A DNA stretch of 36,188 bases, from the IMG/VR virus record IMGVR_UViG_3300005611_000091, positions 1 through 36,188 of that record; one strand, written 5' to 3'. How positions within the stretch are numbered: the first letter of the stretch is position 1; each line of letters opens with the position of its first letter. The translations under genes were made by a program, and so were the position numbers. The notes under the pieces were generated by a model. It did not search any database. It saw nothing but the letters and a program-made list of their open reading frames with translations, and was not told where the DNA came from. This DNA comes from a virus (Duplodnaviria; Caudoviricetes). Positions 7,447 to 14,970 of the stretch are shown one piece after another.

Positions 7447-7505
7447 ATCTCATCCTCCGCCGTAGCGCAGAAGATGCCACACGAGAACCATGATACTATT
7501 CGCAT
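7443..7505 (-). pseudogene. 20-codon mini-ORF MRIVSWFSCGIFCATAEDEI; probable deletion remnant of a PAPS-reductase-like gene
   Basis: Manual translation; purine-rich RBS (GAGGAGGAGAG); ATGA overlap with the primase start. Confidence 0.55.
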
Positions 7506-7519
7506 TTTATCTCTCCTCC

Positions 7520-7608
7520 TCTCCCGTGTTGTGAAAGTTGCGAGGCGCAGATGGCAAGGGGGAGAGACCCTGCCAACCTTAGCAGCCACAACACCGCGCG
7601 CCTCGCCC
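7520..7608 (-). ncRNA. Structured leader / candidate antisense regulatory RNA of the primase operon
   Basis: 9-bp closing stem 7540-7548/7598-7606, inner hairpin 7552-7575 with UCUCUCC loop, unpaired GUGUUGUG (7587-7594); both segments complementary to CACAACAC-GGGAGA at 7520-7533. Confidence 0.6.
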
Positions 7609-7645
7609 GAGAAACCTACACGAAAAGAAAAAATAAAAAAAGCCC

Positions 7646-7674
7646 TTGCTTTTAAAAAAACAAAGGATTATGTT
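7646..7674 (+). promoter_or_regulatory. Sigma70 promoter of the accessory/replication operon
   Basis: TTGCTT-17 nt-TATGTT with upstream A-tracts (UP element-like). Confidence 0.7.
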
Positions 7675-7699
7675 CTCACCTCAACGACGGAGATGAAAA

Positions 7700-7948
7700 A
7701 TGAACATCCAGCATAAGCTACCCCTCACCAACATCCGGGACACCGACTTGTTCGACCTGGTGCTGCACTTCAAGCAACCGTGGTTGGAAGCAATCCTGAT
7801 GGAGTTGCAGAGCGGCCGCGACGGGGGTGGTGGTGAGGAGACGGCTCTCAAGAAAGAGATCGCTGACCTGGAGGAAGAGGTTCTCGAACTCCAGAAAGAG
7901 GTTGGCAATCTGAAAGAGAGGCTGTTCAAGGCCGAGGTCATCTACTGA
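7700..7948 (+). CDS. Hypothetical coiled-coil protein (82 aa)
   Basis: GGAG RBS; C-terminal heptad pattern; TGATG overlap. Confidence 0.75.
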   Translation: MNIQHKLPLTNIRDTDLFDLVLHFKQPWLEAILMELQSGRDGGGGEETALKKEIADLEEEVLELQKEVGNLKERLFKAEVIY

Positions 7949-8160
7949 TGCCGAGAGAGCCGAAGCCCAACCACATCAACCCGCAGCACTATAAGGACCA
8001 CCCGAGCGGCGTGGAGTGCATTGCGATCACCGAGCATATGAACTTCTGCCTCGGTAATGCGGTTAAGTACATCTGGCGCGCCGGCTTGAAGGACGACCGA
8101 CTGACCGACCTGCGGAAAGCCCGCTGGTACATCGACAGAGAAATTGAGAGGCTGAAATGA
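7948..8160 (+). CDS. DUF3310 family protein
   Basis: INPQHY...GVECI...NFCLGNAVKYIWRAGLK...DLRKARWYI. Confidence 0.92.
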   Translation: MPREPKPNHINPQHYKDHPSGVECIAITEHMNFCLGNAVKYIWRAGLKDDRLTDLRKARWYIDREIERLK

Positions 8161-8360
8161 GACGCGCAGGACGACCGGGGAAGTACCCCGAACATTGGAC
8201 CGAATCCCAGAGGGTCGCCGCGCGGACGCGCGAGCGCAAGGAGCAGGGTTGGACGAACCCGCGCTTCTGGTTGGCCCCCGGCTTCGACCGCACGAAGTTG
8301 GACAAGTACATCGCCCGCGAGAACAAGCGCGCGCTCGCTGATACGGAGAAACCGGAATGA
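8157..8360 (+). CDS. Hypothetical protein (67 aa)
   Basis: ATGA overlaps on both sides. Confidence 0.65.
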   Translation: MRRAGRPGKYPEHWTESQRVAARTRERKEQGWTNPRFWLAPGFDRTKLDKYIARENKRALADTEKPE

Positions 8361-8632
8361 CGCACCGAACGCCTGAACAGTGGGATTCCGATCTTGCGTG
8401 GTTTGCTTCGCTTGAAGGAGACAATCAGCGCGGCGACCTTTTCCGCGAATTACGCGCTGATATTGCTGAACTGGCGGCGGCCATTCCAACAACGTCAAAC
8501 CACGGCCTTTCCCGCGACCACATAGGGATACGGGAAGCGGGAACGGAATACCCGAAGGGGCATGACGCGCAATTGGCCCCGCAACAACCTGGACCGGGCG
8601 GCAGGCGCGTGCTGCCCGGCTCCGCAACCTGA
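8357..8632 (+). CDS. Hypothetical protein (91 aa)
   Basis: GGAG RBS; ATGA overlap; ends in junction motif. Confidence 0.6.
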   Translation: MTHRTPEQWDSDLAWFASLEGDNQRGDLFRELRADIAELAAAIPTTSNHGLSRDHIGIREAGTEYPKGHDAQLAPQQPGPGGRRVLPGSAT

Positions 8633-8660
8633 CGAGCCAAAAGGCGGAAAGGAGAAACAG

Positions 8661-8861
8661 ATGATTTTTACATTATTTGACTGCGGCGGCGGAGCGGAAT
8701 TTGACGGCTATTGGCTGTCCGTTGCACGCCTCAGTGGTCCAAAAACAGACCGCTCGCTTCTTCACGTCGCTCGCCGCATCGGCGGTGGAACGCACGGTTG
8801 GCAATTCGACCTTTTGTTTATACGGATCGTCAGTGACGAAGCCGTTTTTGATGCCAACTGA
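8661..8861 (+). CDS. Hypothetical protein (66 aa, MIFTLFDCGGG...)
   Basis: Start moved to ATG 8661 after AAGGAG RBS. Confidence 0.65.
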   Translation: MIFTLFDCGGGAEFDGYWLSVARLSGPKTDRSLLHVARRIGGGTHGWQFDLLFIRIVSDEAVFDAN

Positions 8862-8878
8862 CGAGCGAAAGGACGGAA

Positions 8879-9346
8879 ATGATTTACATCGATATGGACG
8901 GCGTTGTTGCCGATTTTGACCAGTCAATCATCGATATCTTCGGTGAGGAATACAGCAACAAGATAGCCGATAAGTTCTGGAAACAGACATGTGTCGAGGC
9001 AGAGGTTTTTCGGCGGATGCCGCCAATCGCGGAGGGTATCGAAATGGTCGAAGCGATCCGCGCCTATCACGACATTTGTTTCATGACCTCGACAGGCGGA
9101 ATGCCGCACCACATCGACATCGCCAAGCAAAAACTCGATTGGCTTCACGCTCACGACCTGGGTCAGCACCCCGTCGCGTTCTGCATGAACACGCAGGGCA
9201 AGGGGCGATACGCACAACCGGGCGCGCCGTTGATCGATGACCGGAAGAAGGTTTGCGACGCATGGATCCAAGGCGGCGGGGTTGCCTACCTGTTTACGCG
9301 GGAAAGCGCGCTCAAGATCGTGGCTGACCTGTCCATCTACAACTAG
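8879..9346 (+). CDS. HAD-family 5'(3')-deoxyribonucleotidase-like phosphatase
   Basis: Motif I IYIDMDGVVADF, motif II MTS, KLDWL, motif IV LIDDR. Confidence 0.88.
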   Translation: MIYIDMDGVVADFDQSIIDIFGEEYSNKIADKFWKQTCVEAEVFRRMPPIAEGIEMVEAIRAYHDICFMTSTGGMPHHIDIAKQKLDWLHAHDLGQHPVAFCMNTQGKGRYAQPGAPLIDDRKKVCDAWIQGGGVAYLFTRESALKIVADLSIYN

Positions 9347-9358
9347 ACGAGTGGACAG

Positions 9359-9526
9359 ATGGAAGGTCAGGTTAGGTATCAGTGGGTCCGTTGGTCGCCC
9401 AATGAGGATTGGAAACCGGCGCAAATAGGCCCGGAGATTTTTTCGCTTCGCCTTATAGGCAGCGACCACCAATACGCGACCCGAGATTTTGAAATGGGTC
9501 CGTTTATCGAAACGCCGGATCAATAA
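9359..9526 (+). CDS. Hypothetical protein (55 aa, MEGQVRYQWVRWSPNEDWKPAQ...ETPDQ)
   Basis: Manual translation; fills the gap between junction motifs. Confidence 0.6.
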   Translation: MEGQVRYQWVRWSPNEDWKPAQIGPEIFSLRLIGSDHQYATRDFEMGPFIETPDQ

Positions 9527-9535
9527 GGAGCCGAT

Positions 9536-9694
9536 ATGCCGGAAAAAATATCATTCTCCGAGATACACGATCCGACCGACTGGACGCCGCGTTGTGCCGA
9601 CTTCGATGAAGATTGCGAGGAAGTGGCCTGCAAAATCGGCTGCTGGCTGTACGACATCAACAGGGGGTATTGCCCCTATCTGCGAACCAACTGA
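9536..9694 (+). CDS. Small Cys-rich protein (52 aa, MPEKISFSEIHDP...GYCPYLRTN)
   Basis: Manual translation; TAAGGAG RBS; five Cys. Confidence 0.65.
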   Translation: MPEKISFSEIHDPTDWTPRCADFDEDCEEVACKIGCWLYDINRGYCPYLRTN

Positions 9695-9709
9695 CGAGGG
9701 TAAAGCGAC

Positions 9710-9901
9710 ATGGCGACGAACCCCAAAATCAAGGCCTGTCCGGACTGCAAAACCGGCGATTACATGGCCGTTTACGAATACGAGAACGGCGCCCGGTATG
9801 TCGAATGCGGCAAGTGCTGGCGGCGAAGCCCCGGCGCCGGGAGCATCCGGCAGGCGATCAAACTGCACAACGCCGCCGTGACCGAAACGGCGGATCACTA
9901 G
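9710..9901 (+). CDS. Lar-like (restriction alleviation) Zn-ribbon protein
   Basis: KACPDC...YVECGKC...AIKLHN resembles the Lar pattern CPFCG...CxxC...AIxxWN. Confidence 0.7.
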   Translation: MATNPKIKACPDCKTGDYMAVYEYENGARYVECGKCWRRSPGAGSIRQAIKLHNAAVTETADH

Positions 9902-9912
9902 GAGCGTTTCAG

Positions 9913-10002
9913 ATGGAAATAGCAGGAGCGATCGCCCTGATTTTAATCACAACAATCGTCGTCGTGATCGGACGACAAATATGGAGAGTAATATGCAAGT
10001 GA
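9913..10002 (+). CDS. 29-aa single-TM peptide MEIAGAIALILITTIVVVIGRQIWRVICK
   Basis: AGGAG RBS; hydrophobic helix with basic tail. Confidence 0.5.
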   Translation: MEIAGAIALILITTIVVVIGRQIWRVICK

Positions 10003-10184
10003 GAAATATAGAGATCGAGCGCGTGGTCAACGGTTGGATCGTGACAGATATTATCGACCGCGGACCAGCGGCGTGTAACTTACGCGCACCCAGAGTTGCA
10101 GAGACAAAAGAAGACCTGCTTGACATCGTAATGCTTTGGGCAGATACTGTGCTGGAAAACGAAGAACCGAAAGCGAACACGTAA
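9993..10184 (+). CDS. Hypothetical protein (63 aa, MQVRNIEIERVVNGWIV...)
   Basis: GGAGAG RBS; IERVxNGWIV motif seen in phage small proteins; TAATG overlap. Confidence 0.7.
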   Translation: MQVRNIEIERVVNGWIVTDIIDRGPAACNLRAPRVAETKEDLLDIVMLWADTVLENEEPKANT

Positions 10185-11338
10185 TGCCAACATTTCATTT
10201 CCCCATAGGCGGGTCCACCGCCGCCAGAACCCTCAACTGTCCAGGATGGCTCAAAGCCAGTGAAGGCATCCCGCCGAAGCCCGCGGGACTAGCAGCGATC
10301 GAGGGGTCCATGCTCCATGAGATCATGGAGATGTGTTACACCACGGACACCAGCCCCGCAGACCACGTCGGCCACGTCTATGAAGAAGACGGTCAGACCC
10401 GCGAGTTCTTCAAGGAAGATTACCCTCTGGCGAAGCGGGCGTTCGGCACGATGAACACACTCCTCGACGAACTTGATATTGACGAGTTCCTGGTCGAGCC
10501 GTTGGTCACCCTGATACCCGAACTCGCGGGTGGGTCGATCGACCTGCTGGGTATCAGCGCCGATCGTAAGACGGCACTGGTAGCCGATTGGAAGTTCGGA
10601 CGTCACATTGTCTCGGCAGAGCGCAACAGCCAGGGGTTGTTCTACATCATCAGCGCGATGGAAGACCCACAAACAAAGGACCTGTTTAAAGAGGTTGACA
10701 CGGTCGTCGCGGCGATCATCCAGCCGCAGAGCAAGAACGGCCTGAGCCGCTGGACGTGCAACATGAAAACGGTCGCCGACTTCCGGGTCGACATGATGGC
10801 CGCAATCGAGAAGGGTGAGGGTCTTAACCCCGGCGACTGGTGCAAGTACTGCCCCGCGCACCCGACGTGCAAGGCCGCTCGCGCCAACGTCGGCGCACTG
10901 GCGAAGCTGTCAGCCAAGAGTGACAATGAACTGGCCGAAGCTGCGGCGCAGGTTCTCGTCGTCGAGGATTGGGTCAAGGCCGTGAAAGAGGAGATTTACA
11001 TGCACCTCAAGAACGGTCGCCCCGTCCCCGGCTGGAAGCTCATCAACAAGCGGGCGTCCCGCAAGTGGACGGACCCCAAGGCGGCGGAGGCGTTCCTCAA
11101 GCAGAAGCGCGTCCCGCAACGGGTCTACCGCAACAATTCCTTCCGCACAGCACCACAGGTCGTGGACGCGCTCAAGGCGGAAGGCAAGAAGATTGATCTC
11201 GACGAGTTCATCGAGGTCAAGTCCTCCGGCACCACCGCTGCTCCTGTCTCTGATGAGGCGGAAGGGGTGGAACTGACGACGGTACCGGTCAACCTGGCGA
11301 ACTTGGTCGCCAACAACACAGAGAAAGAAGATAAATGA
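10184..11338 (+). CDS. Cas4-like PD-(D/E)xK exonuclease (DUF2800 family)
   Basis: GGSTAARTLNCPG, EGSMLHE, GSID...ADWKFG, WCKYCPAHPTC, VPGWKL; start at ATG 10184. Confidence 0.9.
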   Translation: MPTFHFPIGGSTAARTLNCPGWLKASEGIPPKPAGLAAIEGSMLHEIMEMCYTTDTSPADHVGHVYEEDGQTREFFKEDYPLAKRAFGTMNTLLDELDIDEFLVEPLVTLIPELAGGSIDLLGISADRKTALVADWKFGRHIVSAERNSQGLFYIISAMEDPQTKDLFKEVDTVVAAIIQPQSKNGLSRWTCNMKTVADFRVDMMAAIEKGEGLNPGDWCKYCPAHPTCKAARANVGALAKLSAKSDNELAEAAAQVLVVEDWVKAVKEEIYMHLKNGRPVPGWKLINKRASRKWTDPKAAEAFLKQKRVPQRVYRNNSFRTAPQVVDALKAEGKKIDLDEFIEVKSSGTTAAPVSDEAEGVELTTVPVNLANLVANNTEKEDK

Positions 11339-12060
11339 CTGATATGAATCTCCCACAGGTCGCGGGCGTCGGATCGCTGCGTGACGCTCTCACATCCCAC
11401 GTCAAGACGAACATCACGCAGGGTGGCGGGGAACAATTCCTCGGCTACAACAGCTATTCCGGCAAGTGGACGTTCGGTAAGGACAACGAGGTGATCGAGC
11501 CGGAAGACCGTCTGCGTATCGTACCGGAAGGGCTGCGCCACGGCTGGCACCTCTGGGTCGACAAGAAGGTGATGGAGGTCATGTCGTCGGTGTTCAAGCC
11601 GATGCCGGAGGAACCGGCCGCGGTGCAGGACTCCAAGGGCAAGCTTCAGCAAGCGTCCGAAGCGCGCGGCATGATGGCCGTCCTTGTGCTTGAAGACGAG
11701 GACGACATCCAGGTCTCATGGGAACACTCGACGGACGGTTGCCGCCGTGCGATCGACGGCGTCCTCTCGGAACTGATGCTCCGCGCACAGACCGAGGCCG
11801 AGTACCTGTACCCGGTCGTCAGCCTGACCTCCGGCACACCCTACGAGAACTCGTACAAGCCGGGTGAGATGATCACTCCACCGAAGATCGATATCGTCGG
11901 GTGGTGCAACCAGGACGGCGAGGAAGCACCGGACGCACCGAAGAAGGTCGCCGCACCGAAGGCCGAGGCGGAGCCTGCGGCTGAAGAAGAAGATGCGGAA
12001 GAACCCGCTGCGGAAGAGAACGCACCTGTTCGCCGCCGCCGCCAACGCACCGCGGCCTGA
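11335..12060 (+). CDS. Putative single-stranded DNA-binding protein
   Basis: Between the nuclease and polA; GKWTFG, YPVV..L...Y; long acidic tail ending RRRRQR. Confidence 0.7.
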   Translation: MTDMNLPQVAGVGSLRDALTSHVKTNITQGGGEQFLGYNSYSGKWTFGKDNEVIEPEDRLRIVPEGLRHGWHLWVDKKVMEVMSSVFKPMPEEPAAVQDSKGKLQQASEARGMMAVLVLEDEDDIQVSWEHSTDGCRRAIDGVLSELMLRAQTEAEYLYPVVSLTSGTPYENSYKPGEMITPPKIDIVGWCNQDGEEAPDAPKKVAAPKAEAEPAAEEEDAEEPAAEENAPVRRRRQRTAA

Positions 12061-12066
12061 TACGAA

Positions 12067-12094
12067 CCCCGGCGGTTTGCGCCGCCGGGGATTT
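12067..12094 (+). terminator. GC-rich hairpin / weak terminator after the SSB gene
   Basis: CCCCGGCGG-tttgcg-CCGCCGGGG-attt. Confidence 0.6.
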
Positions 12095-12115
12095 ACACAA
12101 CACGGGAGATACAAG

Positions 12116-12613
12116 ATGGGAAAACGATCAAATTTTGAGCGGCGCGAGCGGGACTTTCACCCGACGCCATATGCGGCTGTGGTGCCGCTGTTGCCGCATC
12201 TGCCGCCACGCGCTCGCTACCATGAACCGTGCGTTGGCGACTACGATCTCGTTCGGCACTTGAGCGGACACGGACACCACGCGTCGGTAATGAGCGACAT
12301 CACAAGCGGGAAGGATGCGCTGGATATCACCTTCACCATCGCCGATATGTTCATCACGAATCCGCCGTGGAGACGTGACATTCTACACCCGGTGATTGAA
12401 CACCTCTCTGGCATTGCGCCGACGTGGCTGTTGTTCGATGCAGATTGGATGCACACGAAACAATCCGCGCCCTTTATGCCGTATTGCCAGAAGATTGTTT
12501 CCGTTGGTCGGGTCAAGTGGATTCCCGACAGCAAGATGACCGGCAAGGATAACTGCTGCTGGTACTTGTTCGACCAGAGCCGCTGCGAACCCACAGAGTT
12601 TTACGGACGGTGA
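12116..12613 (+). CDS. Small orphan DNA N6-adenine methyltransferase
   Basis: RDFHPTP, SAM-binding EPCVGD, catalytic ITNPPW; start at ATG 12116 after GGGAGA. Confidence 0.85.
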   Translation: MGKRSNFERRERDFHPTPYAAVVPLLPHLPPRARYHEPCVGDYDLVRHLSGHGHHASVMSDITSGKDALDITFTIADMFITNPPWRRDILHPVIEHLSGIAPTWLLFDADWMHTKQSAPFMPYCQKIVSVGRVKWIPDSKMTGKDNCCWYLFDQSRCEPTEFYGR

Positions 12614-14592
12614 CCCAACTCTTCCTCGACATTGAGACGCGCAGCCAGACCGACCTGCTGCTGCATGGTGTGCTGCGCTACGCCATAGACCCCTCGACGC
12701 AGTTGATCTGCGTCGGCTGGGCGTTCGATGACGATGACGTGCAGAACTGGTTCGCCGACAGCGGCGAGCCTTTTCCGCAGGAAATCATAGACCACATCAA
12801 GTCCGGCGGTATCATCTGGGCGCATAACGCGGCCTTCGAGCGACGCCTGTTTGAGTACGTGATCTGCAACGACTATGACTTCGACCCGCCGAAGCTGGAG
12901 CAGTGGCGGTGCAGCATGGTCGCGGCCACGACCAACGGCTTTCCCGGTGGTCTTGACGCAGCCGCAGTGGCGTTGGGCGCGAGCAAGCAGAAGCACAAGG
13001 ACGGCCCGCGCCTGATCCGCACCTACTGTGCGCCGGGGTTCACGACCGAGTGGATGTTCGACGACCGCAACCTGATGTCCGCGTACGTCAAGGACGATGT
13101 CGACACGATGCGCGGTATCATCCCGTGCTTCCGGCCGCTGACGGATTACGAGTGGTCGGAGTACCATCTCAACGAGCGCATTGCCGATCGTGGCATACCC
13201 GTCGACACCGAACTGTGCTTCAAGGCCCAGGCTTACGCCGAGGAACTGGCGGCGGATGCCAACAACGTGATCGCCGAGGTGACCGACGGCGCGATGCTCA
13301 AGCACACCGAGCGCAAGAGCCGCGACGCGTGGTTGTTCCCCCATCTGACCGAAGCGCAGAAGAAGTTGTTGGTCGTCTACAAGAAGGGCGAGAAGAAGCT
13401 GTCGCTCGACGCGGATCATCGGGACTACCTGCTGGCTTGCGATGATCTCGACGACAAGGCGCGGCAACTGCTGGAGGCGATGAACGACGCCGGCAGTAGC
13501 GCCCTCAAGAAATACGCGACTGCATATCACACCCACGTAAATGAACGTGTTCATAATGTGATCCAGTTCAATGGCGCACAGACGGGTCGCTTCACCGGCA
13601 GGGGTATCCAACCTCATAATTTCAAGAAGGACCGCGCCGACACGCCGAGGCACGAACTGGAGCATCTTATTGCCGCCATCAAGGCAGGAGAGCCGCTGCA
13701 TAGCCCGAACTACCAGATGGGGCAGGTCATGCGCGGCATGGTCTACCACCCTGACGGCCTTGCGTGGGTCGACTGGAGCCAGATTGAGGCCCGGGTAGCA
13801 CCGTGGTTGTCCATGAAGCCGAGCGGTGAAGACAAGATCAACATCTTCAACAGTGGCCTTGATGTGTACACCGTCGCGGCGGCAAAGATGTTCGACCGCA
13901 CTCTGGCAGAGGTCGACAAGAACTTCCGCCAGACCGGCAAGATCGCCGAGTTGTCGCTCCAGTTCGGTGGTGGTGCCGGGGCGCTACAAGGTATGGCCCG
14001 GAACTACGGGCAGCCGTTCGAGGACGACGAGGCCGACCAGATCGTCCGGCTGTGGCGCAAGGCCAACCCTTGGGCTGTAGAGATATGGGCTGACTACGAT
14101 CACGCGATCGAGTGTGCGGTGCAGAACCACGGGAGAACGTTCCATGCAGGTCGTGCGTCGTTCGCAGCGGACGAAAACTACCTGTGGTGCCGGCTCCCGA
14201 GCGAACGTCTGCTGGCCTACCCACGCCCCCGTATGGAGGAGTACGAGACACCTTGGGGTGAGGAGCGGTTTGGTCCGACCTTCCAGAGCCACTTCAAACC
14301 GGCCGTCGGAGAAGACCCCATCCGCCTGTATGCGCGCGGCGCGCTGCTGTTTCAGAACTCCGTCCAGGCGACCGCTGCGGATGTGTTGCGCGAGGCGCTG
14401 ATCGAGGCGGATGCAGATGGTCTGGAGATCGCCCTGCACGTCCATGATGAGATCGTGGTCTACGGCGGTGAGGCCGAGGGCGCACAACTGAACGAGATCA
14501 TGCTCACCCAACCGTGGTGGGCGGAAGGATTACCCATCGCAACGGGTGGCGTTGAAACTGGCGAGCGTTGGCTCGCTGAAAAGGGAGAGTGA
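12610..14592 (+). CDS. polA: Family A DNA polymerase with 3'-5' exonuclease
   Basis: ExoI LDIETRS, ExoII HNAAFER, ExoIII YVKDDV, TGRFTG, motif A DWSQIEAR, motif B RQTGKIAELSLQFG, motif C HVHDEI. Confidence 0.96.
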   Translation: MTQLFLDIETRSQTDLLLHGVLRYAIDPSTQLICVGWAFDDDDVQNWFADSGEPFPQEIIDHIKSGGIIWAHNAAFERRLFEYVICNDYDFDPPKLEQWRCSMVAATTNGFPGGLDAAAVALGASKQKHKDGPRLIRTYCAPGFTTEWMFDDRNLMSAYVKDDVDTMRGIIPCFRPLTDYEWSEYHLNERIADRGIPVDTELCFKAQAYAEELAADANNVIAEVTDGAMLKHTERKSRDAWLFPHLTEAQKKLLVVYKKGEKKLSLDADHRDYLLACDDLDDKARQLLEAMNDAGSSALKKYATAYHTHVNERVHNVIQFNGAQTGRFTGRGIQPHNFKKDRADTPRHELEHLIAAIKAGEPLHSPNYQMGQVMRGMVYHPDGLAWVDWSQIEARVAPWLSMKPSGEDKINIFNSGLDVYTVAAAKMFDRTLAEVDKNFRQTGKIAELSLQFGGGAGALQGMARNYGQPFEDDEADQIVRLWRKANPWAVEIWADYDHAIECAVQNHGRTFHAGRASFAADENYLWCRLPSERLLAYPRPRMEEYETPWGEERFGPTFQSHFKPAVGEDPIRLYARGALLFQNSVQATAADVLREALIEADADGLEIALHVHDEIVVYGGEAEGAQLNEIMLTQPWWAEGLPIATGGVETGERWLAEKGE

Positions 14593-14593
14593 A

Positions 14594-14668
14594 ATGCAGG
14601 TTCTCATATACGTGGTGTCGTTCGTCGCGGTTTTTGTTCTGTTCAAACTGCTGATCGGTGCGGCGTGA
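14594..14668 (+). CDS. 24-aa single-TM peptide MQVLIYVVSFVAVFVLFKLLIGAA
   Basis: Manual translation; GGGAGAG RBS; GTGA overlap with the VRR-NUC start. Confidence 0.55.
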   Translation: MQVLIYVVSFVAVFVLFKLLIGAA

Positions 14669-14970
14669 AGTCTGAAGCAGCCCTTGAACGCTACCTCAAG
14701 CGTGAGGCCGAGGCGCATGACATCTTCATACGCAAGGTGCAGGCGGTCGGTTACCCGGGCTTCCCTGACAGGCTGCTGGCCTGTGACGGACGGGTGATGT
14801 TCATCGAGTTGAAGTCCCCGACCGGCCGGGGTGTCCTGTCGCCGAAACAGATATACACAATCGAGAAGATGGCCGGACACGGACTCGACGTTCGTGTGAT
14901 CGCCAGCAAAGAAGGAGTGGACGATGCTATCAGAGAGTTGCTTGACCCCCGAACAGAACGCGGCGATTGA
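14665..14970 (+). CDS. VRR-NUC domain nuclease
   Basis: SEAALE, GFPDRL, FIELKSPTG..LSPKQ. Confidence 0.92.
   Translation: MKSEAALERYLKREAEAHDIFIRKVQAVGYPGFPDRLLACDGRVMFIELKSPTGRGVLSPKQIYTIEKMAGHGLDVRVIASKEGVDDAIRELLDPRTERGD

Noticed and set aside
7540-7606. tRNA gene
   Set aside because: Right size, but no T-loop (TTCRA), D-loop or cloverleaf
8629-8650. Hammerhead-like CTGACGA-GCC-AAAA-GGC-GGAAA
   Set aside because: An extra G breaks the GAAA core, no convincing stems I/III were found, and the other CTGACGAG copies lack stem II; better explained as the junction motif
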